DNA of 64,000 nt from Balanoglossus misakiensis (taxonomy: Eukaryota; Animalia; Hemichordata). Positions 50,051 through 62,789 of the stretch are shown here, piece by piece. Position 1 is the stretch's first letter; each line of letters begins with the position of its first letter. Under the pieces are notes generated by a model that made no database searches, was not told the origin of the DNA, and worked only from the letters and a program-made list of their open reading frames with translations. The position numbers and the translations under genes were made by a program. The stretch covers positions 6,820,001-6,884,000 of the forward strand of contig CM082590.2 in the NCBI GenBank assembly GCA_040954595.2, written 5' to 3'.

Positions 50051-53000
50051 ATGTATGTATGTATGTATGTATGTATGTGTGTTTGTATGTATGTACATAT
50101 GTATACTGTAAAACACTTTATTTTCGCAAGCAATTAATTTTCGCCAAACGCGAGAGCCAAAATAGCGTGAAAATAAAAAGTCGCGTAAATTGTTTTTGAA
50201 GATAACGATGCAGTGAATGAAATAAGAGAACGTGAAAATTAATACTCGCGAAACAGTGGCCTCGCTCGATATCGCGAAAAATTTAACTCGCGAAAATAAA
50301 CTGTTTTACAGTATATGTATGTCTGTCTGTCTGTCTGCATGTATGTATCCCGTTCATCACCAATTGAAATGTGTAGATGGTTTGTGTGTGAGAGAGGGAT
50401 AGCGTATGTGCAATAGTGTTAAACAATTTCAATCATTTCTTCTTTATTTCAGAGGTACATATTAAGACTTCTCGACGATAAGTTTACAGAGTTAGGATTT
50501 ATCTCCACTGCCAGTGAAAGTGCGCAAACGCGATATCTCAGAACTTTAATGGTTCGCATGGCGTGTGACCATGGTGACGTGACCTGTACAGATGGTGCAA
50601 TGCAGTATTTTATAACCTGGCTACAGAATGTCAATAACCAGTGAGTGGTTTAATATTTCACATTAAAATAATATATTTAATATTTTTACAGAAAAAACGC
50701 CATTTGATTTTCTGTTAAAGCAGGTAACTTGTCTCACATGCATGTTCCAACTGTAGCCACTGGTTACAGACGTTTAGTGAACAGTCAATCCTATAAGGCA
50801 GTGCTCAAACAAGATGTCTAAAAGTTGGATGGAAGTTGTGTGTGGTTGAATGTTGATTCGCTATATATCCACATGTAGAATAACATAAACAGTGTCTTGT
50901 ATCAAACATAATTAATGGAACAGGGGCAGCGAGAGAGAGACTTTGTCCCTTTAATTGAGATAATCCGACAAGTACATGAGAAAATAGAAGTGTCTAGGCT
51001 ATTACCCGTATGTCATGACATCAATCTCACGTTGGATGTGGGCTGTGGGAACGCCAGAAAATCCATCGAAAATCACCAATTTACACTGTCATAAAGGGTC
51101 TCCCAACAAGTGGTGGGATACTATCACAAATCTGGTGGGATGTTGGTTGATTATGTACACATATATTTGATATGAATATTCATGAGTAAGGGGAGGTAAT
51201 ATGACTTAATGGTGAGGATTTTAGAGGATAGGGAATATATTTGAAGTATTTTACTGTGGAAAACAAATATGTGAAATTTGGCAGCTATAGGGGCTTTAAC
51301 ACTCTCTCCTACTGTCTTATCGCATGGGTATGCAAATCGTATTATGAATACTTAATTAGCGAGGGCTTTGGTGCCAGGTTCGTTTGTCACCAGTATGGGA
51401 AATCTTTATGACAGACGGTAAATCGGTGATTTTAGATGGAATTTCTGGCGTTCCCATGGCAACATCCAATGTCAGATGGATGTCGTGACACATATATCAA
51501 TGAATGCCAACTGAGATTGTTGCATTTTTTTCCTAACGACATTTGTACCACTATTCCTCACAGAATACCAGTTGACGTCAAACCTGATGTATATGGAGTG
51601 GGCGTGGCTAACTCAGATTCGGACCAATGGCAGATACTTTGGGAAATGTTAGAAGACAACCTTCTCATCGATGACGAAGTCGCTATCAGAGAAGCTCTGA
51701 CCAAATCAAGAGAACCATGGGTATTAAATAGGTGAGATAGTCATGATGTTTTTAGTCATTTTTGTTTTGTGTTTCTGCTGCAGTTTTAAAGTCCTGAAAC
51801 GTATTGAAATGTCCAGTATTTAGCTGATCAACGCAACATATATTTGTATAGTCAGCATTGGTATTGTTGCAGAATTTGAATTCAAGTCCGGACTAGAATT
51901 CATTTGTCAACAATAACAGTGGCCATTAAACACAAACAGGCTGTGTTGACAAGTGGAGTACATGTACTGGGTATATTAGCATGCTCTTTGGAGTATGAAC
52001 AAGAAATTGCATTTGGTACACAGAACCAAAGTCTCTCTGTTGCTATGTTTTTTCCATTAATTATGTTTGATACAAGACACTGTTTATGTTATTCTACATT
52101 TGGATATAAAGTGAATCAACGTTCGACCACACACAACTTCCATCCCGTTTGTAGGATATGAGAGTAAAAACTCGCCCAAAATGAATAAATGATAGAGAAC
52201 GATTATTCATTTTTGGCGAGTTTTTACTTTCATATCCTACAAACGGGAACAAAGTTGTGCGTTGTTGAATGTGGATTCACTATATATCCACATGTAGAAT
52301 AACAGAAATGGTGTCTTGTATCAAACATAATTAATGAAAAAAGGGCAGCGAGAGAGCGACTTTGTCCTTTTAAGGGTGACTTTATAACTATAACAAGAAA
52401 TACTATTTTGTGCTGTTTTTTTACAGATATATGACGTGGTCTCTGAATGCATCCATCGTACCAGCTGGGGAAGATATGTATGTCATCATGAGAGTAAGCA
52501 AGACACCAACAGGCCATGCACTTGCCATTGATTTCATCATTGACCACTTCGACCAACTCCTGCAAATGTAAGTGTACAACATCTGTATTCCTTCACATAA
52601 ATAGTGCCTTGTTCAGAGAGTAAGATTCAGATGGTGTAGACATGTGTGTATAATATAGAAATAATGGACGACACCCTGGCCATTAACGTTTGTTTGTGGG
52701 CAAGGGTGAGGGGAAAGCCAAAAATTCATGGGCGAGGCTTTCAAGCCCATGAATTTTTGGCTTTCCTCGGTCAGGGCGGAGTCGGTTATTTCCATTATAT
52801 TACCAACGAACTCAAGAAAACCGTCAAAATTTACAAAAATGTCCCACTAGGGGCCCCGGAACTTGTGTTATGCAAAATGTTGTATTCACTGAACTGTTTG
52901 CTAATATTACTATTCAGATTTACGGGCATGTAAACAAACCATTACTGAGTATTTGTGGTCAGGGACGTCGTTTATCTCGACCAATTAAAATGTGACGCAC

Positions 53001-54523
53001 AGGCCATGGTAATAGAATAAAGTACATGTGATTATTCCTGGTAGAAACAATACAAGTCATTTAAGCGATCATTTAACTATTTTATTCGATCGATGAGTTG
53101 ATTGGTTAAAAGATCAATTGACTCGTCAGTCATTCAGTTAGTCAGCTAGTCAGTCAGTTAACGAGCCAGCCAGTCAGTTAGTCAGTCATACCAGGTTCAC
53201 ACAGCGTAAAATTTGAGACACTATTCGCCTATGCTAAACACAGAGCATTAATCCTTTGAGTCGCCTTGTGTCCACACACACAAAGCTTATGTATAGGCGC
53301 TGAGGCTCGGTTACATAGACAATGTGTTGCAGATGTGTTAATCCTTACACTGGCTCAGGTCTGGCTGGCAAAGCCGTCTCAAATCTGAGACGTTTCAAGA
53401 CCACTTACGCCGTCCACACATAAGAATTTATGCCAGTATTTCATCTGAGATGTTTCAGAACCGTCTTAATGGTGCCTGTGTGACCCCATATCAGACAGAC
53501 AGACAGACAAGCATATACTGTAAAACACTTTATTTTCGCGAGTTAAATTTTTCGCGATATCGAGAGAGGCCACTGTTTCGCGAGTATTAATTTTCGCGTT
53601 CTCTTATTTCATTCACTGCAACGTTATCTTCAAAAACAATTTACGTGACTTTTTATTTTCACGCTATTTTGGCTCTCGCGTATTTGGCGAAAATTAATTG
53701 CTCGCGAAAATAAAGTGTTTGACAGTAGTTTTGTTTTCTGCTGTCATTCACGTGGTAGTTGGTGTGATTTTGCTTTTAACATTTCCCTTTTTGTAACTTT
53801 CAGAGCTGTCGACAACATTGCAATTTTTCAAGGCGCTATGCAGTCTGCAAAAACTGTGAACCGGAAATCACAATTAAGACAGGTATGGCGCATAGCAACA
53901 CAGACATTTGTTATCGTGTGGTACCGCCATTTTGTTTTTAGGTGAACCTAAATTGTGTTGGTAACTCGGTGAGTCAAAATGTAGTATGTTAGTAAAACTT
54001 TTCCTCATATTATCCTCAAGACAACTTGATGTTGTATTATGACATTTTAGCATCACCATAATTTTGGTGTTATATGGATTTCTGAGTAAATTGGTCAAGT
54101 CCATGTACATGTAATAAAGTGTCTGTGGCCAATGGGGAGAACATGGGTATTTATATAGCAGAAACAAATTGTGGAATTTTTGTTATTAAAGGTATACGGT
54201 CACCTCTGCAAGTTCAGCTATAGTTACCATGGCATATTGAGATCTGGCCAATGACAGATTTTTAAGGGTGCCCTTTTTTCATTAATTATGTTTGATACAA
54301 GACACCATTTATGTTATTCTACATGTGGATATATAGTCAATCAACATTCAACTACCTTTCTTATTTTCAGTTCGAGTCACTAAGAAGTAAGCTGCCCTCT
54401 CACGGTGGTATCAAGAAAACCTTTGATGACGCTGTCCAAACTATGAAAAGGAATATTGATTGGTTGGAAAAATACCAAAATCATGTTTTGCGATTTTTGG
54501 ATGAAAATGTCCCGAATGTGTAA
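31512..54523 (+). CDS. M1-family zinc aminopeptidase, type II membrane protein (aminopeptidase N / TRH-degrading ectoenzyme-like), 1054 aa. Exons: 31512-32407, 37875-38154, 38589-38712, 39975-40129, 40820-40933, 41850-42053, 43556-43621, 44511-44689, 45012-45091, 45909-46042, 49037-49092, 49629-49776, 50453-50640, 51564-51731, 52427-52567, 53804-53882, 54371-54523
   Basis: 17 GT-AG exons sum to 3165 nt in one frame from gccatcATG to TAA. Features: signal anchor [69 protein letters not shown]-x18-E (WLKEGFATY), [25 protein letters not shown] and an ERAP1-like C-terminal domain ending NIDWL. Confidence 0.93.
35243..36704. mobile_element. Non-autonomous element with a ~140-bp terminal hairpin and an internal inverted repeat matching the far end (possibly Crypton-like)
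   Basis: 35243-35385 is a long imperfect palindrome; attatattatgccagtatattga (35386-35408) is the reverse complement, with one mismatch, of tcaatatactggtataatataat (36682-36704). The superfamily is inferred. Confidence 0.55.
37506..37636. mobile_element. PIF/Harbinger-like MITE (TTA TSD)
   Basis: tta|ggctgcattcacaaacacctctggaggggg ... ccccctccagaggtgtttgtgaatgcagcc|tta. Confidence 0.85.
38336..38585 (+). repeat. (ATTC)n-rich microsatellite running into the exon-3 acceptor of the aminopeptidase
   Basis: ...attcattcattcattcacAG|atccga. Confidence 0.9.
41204..41825 (+). repeat. Compound (GAT)n/(GGT)n/(GTT)n microsatellite with an internal ~220-240-bp duplication
   Basis: Directly visible; the block gtggtacttatgatgaaaatg...ggcaatta occurs twice. 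It produces the poly-M/V/H pseudo-ORFs. Confidence 0.9.
42551..43250 (+). repeat. ~170-bp dispersed direct duplication (~42551-42720 and ~43074-43250)
   Basis: attaaaatctaatgtagaga...ttccgccgtcctgggat...acatcagat.ttcattgggttgac is present twice. Confidence 0.75.
43760..44472 (+). repeat. 119-bp tandem array (6 copies) made from one arm of MITE family A; shorter arrays at ~6550-6790 (2x), ~33655-33886 (2x) and ~45390-45750 (3x)
   Basis: The repeated minus-strand ORFs start at 43841, 43960, 44079 and 44198 (119-bp period); the junction is gactttgtcctgggaggtgtgtgtgg. Confidence 0.9.
44785..44925 (+). repeat. (CATA)n microsatellite
   Basis: Directly visible. Confidence 0.95.
46056..48722 (+). 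repeat. 177-bp intronic satellite, ~13 units, first unit interrupted by a family-D MITE
   Basis: ctagtctagtatctagcc occurs at 46610, 46786, 46963, 47140 ... 48556; units are highly similar. Confidence 0.95.
49197..49432. mobile_element. Kolobok-like MITE
   Basis: ttaa|agggaaggggtcgtcgc ... gcgacaaccccttcact|ttaa. Confidence 0.65.
49815..50095 (+). repeat. (TATG)n/(TG)n microsatellite
   Basis: Directly visible. Confidence 0.95.
52648..53020. mobile_element. Small hairpin-bearing element with the same asymmetric layout as 35243-36704
   Basis: Perfect 22-bp stem ggaaagccaaaaattcatgggc / gcccatgaatttttggctttcc (52712-52766); ttatattacca pairs imperfectly with the terminal tggtaatagaa; tctcgaccaat lies near the right end of both elements. 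Confidence 0.5.
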
Positions 54524-56497
54524 GTTTAGACAAAGACAGACAGAGATGTATATAGATTGCTAAATGACCAGTTGGTTAGTTTTATATATATATATGTTAT
54601 ATTCAGAAAGAATGAATCGTTTTTAGTGGAAACTATTTTTAATATTTTAACCACAGCTGAGGTCAAAATTATGTTGGAAAATTGAAAAAAATAAGGCAGT
54701 GATTTTTCGCCAGATTTTCAGAAGACCACAGGATCAAATTCTCCAAATGAAATGAAAATACAATTCTGATTGATAGTTCTTTACTATCAATCACGTGATC
54801 TGGCCATGTGACCCACGACGTTGTCATTTCCAGATGACGGGCAAGCAATATTTCGGCATCCAGTAAAAGTTTTTCCGAGTATGTTTTTAATTTAGAACCG
54901 CCAAAGACGTAACATGTATCCGGTATGGTGCCTCATCAGCCCCATTGCGTTTCGTCTGCACAGTCTTTGTCTGCACCACGTTGTTGAAGTTGCCCGTCAT
55001 CTGGAAATTTGAATGCCAACATAACTGCCGCCTGAGTGCGTCTGACGTCATTTGATATCAAAGAATGCATATAAAGCGTGTTTGGTAGTGAATCTGAAAA
55101 CCATTCACTTGTATTGAAAACATTAACCAGTAGAACACGGTGACCCCCAATGTTTATTCTCAATTTTAAGAGAGATTATTGTAAAATTGCCTTGAGCAAA
55201 ATACGAGAGAAACTTTAAGACTTTTGAGGCGCATATTACCTGTAAGCCAAAACAGTACTTGTTTTACTTCTGTAAATGTTATTTTTAAGCTTTTTCCAAA
55301 ATAATGTTAGGTGCGTGTACTTTATAATTCAGTAGATACCAGATGTACAGAACATAAAGTATTTGTCATGTAAATCAAAAATTTTAGAACATCATGATCA
55401 AATGTGATAATTTACAGAGATGTTTTAGATACGTACATAATCAACATTTTTTACACAAATACCGGATAACTTTTTAAGTTTTTTTCTCTTGAAGGATTTA
55501 CAGACAAAAATGTATCTTAAAATGGATATTCCTAGAGTCTGTACCTTACATTAAAGGGACAAAGTCTCTCTCTCACTGTCCTTTTTCCATTATGTTTGAT
55601 ACAAGATACAGTTTATGTTATTCTACATGTGGATATATAGTGAATGAACGTTCAACCACACACAACTTCCATCCCACTTGTAGACATGAGAGTGAAAAAC
55701 TCGCCAAAATGAATAATCGGTCTCTACCATTTATTCATTTTGGCGAGATTTTTACTCTCGTATCCTACAAACGGGATGGAAGTTGTGTGTGTATATTGGT
55801 TACAGGCCTTGGTCATACATGTCCTGACTGTAGGGGCGCTTTACAGCTAATATTTAACATACATGACCACAGGAACAACTATTCTTTTCATTGTACTAAT
55901 ACCGCAGTTTGTTTAGTGATTTAAAAGATTTTTTTCTTTAAAATAAGTTCGTTTTATTTCATTCTGAACACTTCTCGACAACGACAAGCAGAAAAAAAAA
56001 TACAAGCACAGACAAACTTCTGTCAAGGATGTCTCTTGTTTAAAAATTATTTCAGTATTTGAGTCTTGAAGACATAATCAACGGCATTTATGGATTTGAA
56101 GGAAATTATCGTCCGCACCATCATTTTCACAGAAACTGTTGAATTGGAAACTTATTGCAACGATCAAAAATCATTTTCATAATGTAGGGTTTCTTTGTTT
56201 TTCCCCTGAATAAACACGATGTCTGGATTACTATGGCAACCAGAGAAGCTCAGAGAACGAAATATACAAGTTACACCTTCATGTTTAATAACTTTCTCTT
56301 TCATTTTATTTTTTTATTTTACTTGCTTTCATCTTTGATTTTTAATTTTATTTTGATTTCAACTTATTGAATCTGTTTATCAATTTAACTTCAGCTACAG
56401 TTCAGTTCTTTTTTCATTTCGGTTTGAAATCAGAAATTCCTTAAGCCATGTTAAGCGTAAGTTTTCAGAATTGACTTAGAAACACAAGTGTTGACGT

Positions 56498-56595
56498 CAG
56501 TCTGGTCCCCTGCCCCATTCCCACCGCTGGCTGCGCTACGCTTTTCCTTTAGCGTAGCGCAGCCAGCGGTGGGATTGGGGCAGGGGACCAGACTC
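56498..56595. mobile_element. ~98-bp near-perfect GC-rich palindrome, Academ-like MITE with a decayed 10-bp TSD
   Basis: agtctggtcccctgcccca.tcccaccgctggctgcgctacgct / agcgtagcgcagccagcggtggga.tggggcaggggaccagact; flanks gtgttgacgt and gtggtgaggt match at 8/10. Confidence 0.7.
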
Positions 56596-58699
56596 GTGGT
56601 GAGGTTTCAAGCTCCGTTGTTTACTATTTGAATATTAGAAGCTCTCTGATTGGTTGAAAAAAAACTGAACAGGTGTCAATTCGGAGCATGCGTGTTTCCA
56701 GAACTTTCCGGGAACTTTGGTAAGACGGGCGCATGCATGGCTTTGTCGGAGAAATGGCGTCGGTCGTTCACTGCCTTTAATGTCCACGTCAAGAAGGAAC
56801 TGTTCCAAGTCGAAGAACAAGTACCATGCGAAAAAGAAGTCTGAAACTCATGAAGGTTGCAAATATTGGTTTGCTCGCCGGGAAGTCTTCAAGTCGACCA
56901 CAACCAGTCCTGAACATGAACGTTCAACAAAAGGTAAATCGATACACGTGTTTCATTTTTTCACAATTGTGTGTTGTAATACGCGTCCGTTCAACAAAAA
57001 AACGTCGCACCAGGTAATTGACGAAATTTTCTGTAAAAGTGTTGCAATTTGTTAACCGCAATTGCTTGGGATTTGTTACACGGACTTTGTTCCTCCTAGC
57101 TATTTGTTACACGGACTTTGTTCCTCCTAGCTATGTAAGACTGAGAAAACGGTCCTTTTTCGAAGTCACCGGAGAAAAGCGACTGTGTTTTTGACTTCTT
57201 TTATGTTGAGCGCAAATGAAATGGCTTCTTCGTTGTGGATGTAATTTGCTGTATCTTCGTTTGAAATGTTGGTTTCTTTTCAATGCGCGTGTTCATATCT
57301 TCGCGCTGAAATGATGCATAGACCGCACATGTTGAATTTTTTCGCGTCGATGTCACGTGACCCCATCGCGCGGCATGGCCGTATCTGCAAGTTTCTGTGA
57401 GGTTTACCGTCTTTTTGGCTGATAGCATAGTTTTAGATCTAGGAACGCATTCCTAAGAAAGTTCGACACATAAATAGAATCATATCTGTACAGATTATTG
57501 TATTCTAGTGTAGGGCAAATGACAATATTTTTCTAGTGGAGAGCCACGATTTTGGAACTACAGCATTTTCTTTGTTCTGATTCAGTAGAAAGACATGCAG
57601 AGCCATTTGTAGTGCAAGATACTATTTTTAATTCTAGAGGAATAACTATTTTACTGTAGAGACTATATTTTAAGATTTTTTCGCAGTATAGAAAATTTTC
57701 AGCGCAATTTGGAATTTTTGTGTGGTGCGGATAATATTCAGCGCTAGTTTGACATTTTGTAGTAGTGTTCTCCCCAGGAATTTCTGATAGAGTAGCGTCT
57801 AATTTGCATAACAATATAAATAATTGTTATGTTAAGTTCTGTTGTCTTCTCAAAATTAAGATTAGTTGCCACTACGCATTAATTGCACTGTTGCTAGTGC
57901 AGATAATTTTCAGCGCAAGTTTGACTTGTTTGTGGTGCGCATAACACGTGACAATTTTTTGCGATAAAGATGACACACAGTTGTTGAAATCACTGCTCAT
58001 GATATGAAGGTCTTTACAATAAGGCTTGTCTTAGTCATTTTTTTCAATGTAGAATTTGTTAAAAATTGTTACAGAAATTATTATTTTCATATTTTTTCTT
58101 GCAGATAAAGGGAATTCCGATGTCGTGAAAGAAACCAAAACCGGTGGATGTTGCCCCAAAGTTTGGAACAGAGCCCCCTATTGTTGGACCTATCAAAGGT
58201 GAGAGAAAATTGAGTGGTTATAGTTGAAACGTCTTGTGACATAGTGCCAGGAAATTGCATATGAAGTGGAATCGGTGTCACACAATTCATGTTTTAGACT
58301 TTCAATCGAATGACGGTTGTGTGTGTGGGCGTGCATGTTCAATAAAAACGAAGATTGAGTGACCGTGGGTTTTGTGTGCTTTTCAGAATTGTTTTGTACG
58401 CATGTACCTGAAAATAAGTGGCTGCAAGGTTTGTGTTAATTGAGTGTGCCCCCGTCTCTTCTTCTTTGAGTGATAATTTTCGGAACGTTCAGAAAAGATC
58501 AGGATGTCAACTCCAACCGCGCCACGTTCGCTCCAAAACCAGTGTGCTCACCTCTCGGGTTTCAAGGTCAAAACAGCCGAACGCACCGTGACGTAGTTCA
58601 GTAATAAAACTAAGTGTTTTCTTTCCGATGTAGGGCCTAAGTTTTTGTGCGCGTGTACATATTTTCGGGAAATGACGCGAAACGTACATTTCAGCACAA

Positions 58700-60790
58700 G
58701 TTTGACTTTTTTGTACTTCAGAAATCTTTAACGCGCAAATTTTACTTTTTAGCGCCAGGGTTTACTTTAATTGTAGTGCAGATAATTTTCAGCGCAAGTT
58801 TAATTTTTTTGTACTTCAGAAAATTTTTAGCACCCAGGGTTTACTTTAATTAATTTTAGTGCAGATAATTTTCAGCGCAAGTTTAATTCTTTTGTTCTTC
58901 AAAATTTTTTAGCGCCCAAGGTTTACTTAAATTGTAGTGCAGGTAATTTTCATCGCAAGTTTAATTTTTTTTGTACTTCAGAAATTTTTTAGCGCCCAAG
59001 GTTTACTTAAATTGTAGTGCAGGTAATTTTCATCGCAAGTTTAATTTTTTTTGTACTTCAGAAATTTTTTAGCGCCCAAGGTTTACTTAAATTGTAGTGC
59101 AGGTAATTTTCATCGCAAGTTTAATTTTTTTTGTACTTCAGAAATTTTTTAGCGCCCAAGGTTTACTTAAATTGTAGTGCAGATAATTTTCATCGTAAGT
59201 TTAATTTTTTTGTACTTCAGAAATTTTTTAGCGCCCAAGGTTTACTTAAATTGTAGTGCAGATAATTTTCATCGCAAGTTTAATTTTTTTTGTACTTCAG
59301 AAAATTTTTAGCGCCCAAGGTTTACTTAAATTGTAGTGCAGGTAATTTTCATCGCAAGTTTAATTTTTTTTTGTACTTCAGAAATTTTTTAGCGCCCAAG
59401 GTTTACTTAAATTGTAGTGCAGATAATTTTCATCGTAAGTTTAATTTTTTTGTACTTCAGAAAATTTTTAGCGCCAAGGGGTTACTTTAATTAATTATAG
59501 TGCAGATAATTTTCAGCACAAGTTTAATTTTGTTGTACTTCAGAATTTTTTTAGCGCCCAAGGTTTACTTAAATTGTAGTGCAGATAATTTTCATCGCAA
59601 GTTTAATTTTTTTTGTACTTCAGAAAATTTTTAGCGCCCAAGGTTTACTTAAATTGTAGTGCAGGTAATTTTCATCGCAAGTTTAATTTTTTTTTGTACT
59701 TCAGAAATTTTTTAGCGCCCAAGGTTTACTTAAATTGTAGTGCAGATAATTTTCATCGTAAGTTTAATTTTTTTGTACTTCAGAAAATTTTTAGCGCCAA
59801 GGGGTTACTTTAATTAATTATAGTGCAGATAATTTTCAGCGCAAGTTTAATTTTGTTGTACTTCAGAATTTTTTTAGCGCCCAAGGTTTACTTAAATTGT
59901 AGTGCAGGTAATTTTCAGCGCAAGTTTAATTTTTTTGTGCTTCAGAAAATTTTTAGCGCCCAGGGGTTACTTTAATTAATTATAGTGCAGGTAATTTTCA
60001 GCGCAAGTTTAATTTTTTTGTACTTCAGAATTTTTTTTAGCGCCCAGGGTTTACTTTAATTAATTATAGTGCAGATAATTTTCAGCGCAAGTTTAATTTT
60101 TTTGTACTTCAGAAATTTTTTAGCGCCCAGGGTTTACTTTAATTAATTATAGTGCAGATACTTTTCATCGGAAGTTCAATTTTTTTGTACTTCAGAAATT
60201 TTTTAGCGCCCAGGGTTTACTTTAATTAATTATAGTGCAGGTAATTTTCAGCGCAAGTTTAATTTTTTTGTACTTCAGAATTTCTTTAGCGCCCAAGGTT
60301 TACTTAAATTATATTGCAGATAATTTTCAGCGCAAGTTTAATTTTTTTGTACTTCAGAATTTTTTTTAGCGCCCAGGGTTTACTTTAATTAATTATAGTG
60401 CAGATAATTTTCATCGCAAGTTTAATTTTTTTGTACTTCAGAAAATTTTTAGCGCCCAGGGTTTACTTTAATTAATTATAGTGCAGATAATCTTCATCGC
60501 AAGTTTAATTTTTTTGTACTTCAGAATTTTTTTAGCGCCCAAGGTTTACTTTAATTAATTATAGTGCAGATAATTTTCAGCGCAAGTTTAATTTTTTTGT
60601 ACTTCAGAAAATTTTTAGCGCCCAGGGTTTACTTTAATTAATTATAGTGCAGGTAATTTTCAGCGCAAGTTTAATTTTTTTGTACTTCAGAAAATTTTTA
60701 GCGCCCAAGGTTTACTTTAATTGTACTTCAGATAATTTTTAGCGCGCAGTTTTTTTTTTTTTTTTTTTTTTTCAGCAGATAATTTTTAAC
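58700..60790 (+). repeat. AT-rich ~80-84-bp satellite (~25 units), each a dimer of ~40-bp subrepeats
   Basis: gtttacttaa occurs at 58921, 59001, 59081 and 59161; subunits are gtagtgcagataattttcagcgcaagttt and gtacttcagaaattttttagcgcccaaggttt. Confidence 0.95.
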
Positions 60791-61029
60791 GCGCCGATTT
60801 TTTTTTTAGTGTTTACACAGTGGAATTTTCAGAATTTTCTTTTCTCAAAACAGAAGCAGACGTGCTCGCGTACTTGAAAAATAAAAAGTCTTGCTTAAGA
60901 AAAAATGTTTGTAAGTCTTGGAAACAGTTAAAGAAAAAAAGTAATTTATGAAGAAAAAAAGCAAGACATTGCTTTTGCTGTTTGGAACAAGGGAATCATC
61001 GTCCGCCTATCGGCGCCGGCCCCTGGGGG

Positions 61030-61193
61030 CGAAAAAGCCCCCAGCGGAAAGAGGTCAGGGCCCCTCTTTCCTCCGCCCAGCGTCCCGCCCGGGCCAGGGT
61101 ATCGCCCAGCTCGTCACAGTCACGTCGAGATTCGAACCCGGGACCCGAAGATCGTCGGTAAGCTCTCCTCCCATGCCACTGGACCACCGAAAC
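61030..61193 (-). ncRNA. tRNA-derived SINE-like / Pol III-type element (degenerate, not a functional tRNA)
   Basis: On the minus strand: A box TGGTCCAGTGG (61186-61176), B box GGTTCGAATCTC (61138-61127), a GC-rich body and TTTTT at ~61036-61032. Acceptor and T stems are mismatched. Confidence 0.55.
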
Positions 61194-61272
61194 AATCCAA
61201 TGGAAGCTGAGCAAATTGTCCGTCTAGTGGGACACGCCCGACGATCAGGTCACGTGACTTAGTCTCAAATTG

Positions 61273-61982
61273 TAGACTTGTTCCCCAAATTTATTTTAGA
61301 CTTGTTCCCCAAATTTATTTTAGACTTGTTCCTTAATTTAGTTTTAGACTTGTTCCTTAAATTACTTGTAGACTTGTTCCCCAAATTTATTTTAGACTTG
61401 TTCCCCAAATTAATTTTAGACTTGTTCCTTAAATTACTTTTAGACTTGTTTCTTAATTTAGTTTTAGACTTGTTTCTCAAATTACTTTTAGACTTGTTCC
61501 CCAAATTAATTTTAGACTTGTTCCCCAAATTTATTTTAGACTTGTTACCCAAATTTATTTTAGACTTGTTCCTTAATTTAGTTTTAGACTTGTTTCTCAA
61601 ATTAATTTTAGACTTGTTCCCCAAATTTATTTTAGACTTGTTCCTTAAATTACTTTTAGACTTGTTTCTTAATTTAGTTTTAGACTTGTTTCTCAAATTA
61701 ATTGTAGACTTGTTCCCCAAATTAATTGTAGACTTGTTCCCCAAATTAATTTTAGACTTGTTCCTTAAATTACTTTTAGACTTGTTTCTTAATTTAGTTT
61801 TAGACTTGTCTCTCAAATTAATTGTAGACTTGTTCCCCAAATTCATTTTAGACTTGTTCCCCAAATTTATTTTAGACTTGTTCCTTAAATTACTTTTAGA
61901 CTCGTTTCTTAATTTAGTTTTAGACTTGTTTCTCAAATTAATTGTAGACTTGTTCCCCAAATTAATTTTAGACTTGTTCCCC
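61273..61982 (+). repeat. 24-bp minisatellite, ~29.5 units, with higher-order (AABCD, 120-bp) structure
   Basis: tagacttgtt recurs every 24 nt with no net indel (61273 + 27x24 = 61921). Confidence 0.95.
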
Positions 61983-62789
61983 GAACACGTTGATCAAGTG
62001 ACATTCTCCGCAGCTAGGGGGTCTGGTCGCACCTTCTAGCTAGGTTAGAATTATCCACGCGCTACAATCTCTGTACGGAGATAGGTGCAGTCTATCAACG
62101 TTTTACGCGGAAGATATGTACACGCGCGCAAATACGTACAGATTTTACTCAACTGATAGGATTTCTCAGTCATTCGGATGCAAAGAGATACTTCAGGCGC
62201 TATCATAGTTGAGACTCGTTGAAACACAAAGTGATGGAAGTCAGTAGACTTTATTGCTACAGAAATGAAACAGGCGTTACAACACACAGTTGTCTGGAAG
62301 TGTATATTGCATGTCTTAAAACACGAATTTACAGTTAGAGTTTTATAAGGACTGAAGAAACAAAACAAAAACGTAATTACTATTGTCCAATTTTAAAAGC
62401 AAAAAAAAAAGATTTCTTGATCACTGAAATCAATTGTTTGGCAATTCTCCCAGTTTGTTATTTTGACACATTTATACTTGTACTTGCATATCTTGTACAA
62501 CCCAGAAACAATGATTGAAAGTCCACCAAATTTTCACACAATTATTCATACTGACTAAATGCTCTCAAAATTGTCTCTTGGAATTTTCTGACTTTCTTAA
62601 CCATTGTAATTATTTCAGTTTAACTACCTTTGACTTTCAAAATGGCCGCCAAATTTGACGTTCAAAAGGACTAGGCCTATGTGCTCTCAAAATTGTCTCT
62701 TAGAAATTTTCTGACTTTCTTAACCATTTTTGTTTAACTAGACAAAAAAATTGATGGGTGATTGTAAAAAGAAATTGGTACCGCGTTCA

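Noticed and set aside
49658-50199. HTYI/MYVC repeat ORFs (also 44665-44991)
   Set aside because: (TATG)n/(CATA)n microsatellites.
56635-57428. Cluster of short ORFs in a moderately GC-rich intergenic stretch
   Set aside because: No recognisable domain or consistent splice structure; could be promoter-like or decayed repeat sequence but cannot be supported.
61118-61193. Functional tRNA gene
   Set aside because: Acceptor and T stems have several mismatches and there is no canonical anticodon arm; kept only as a tRNA-derived element.
61273-61982. CRISPR-like array (constant 10-mer plus variable 14-mer) and 231/253-aa ORFs
   Set aside because: The variable parts recur rather than being unique spacers, the unit is too short, there are no cas genes and the context is eukaryotic; the ORFs follow from a 24-nt period.
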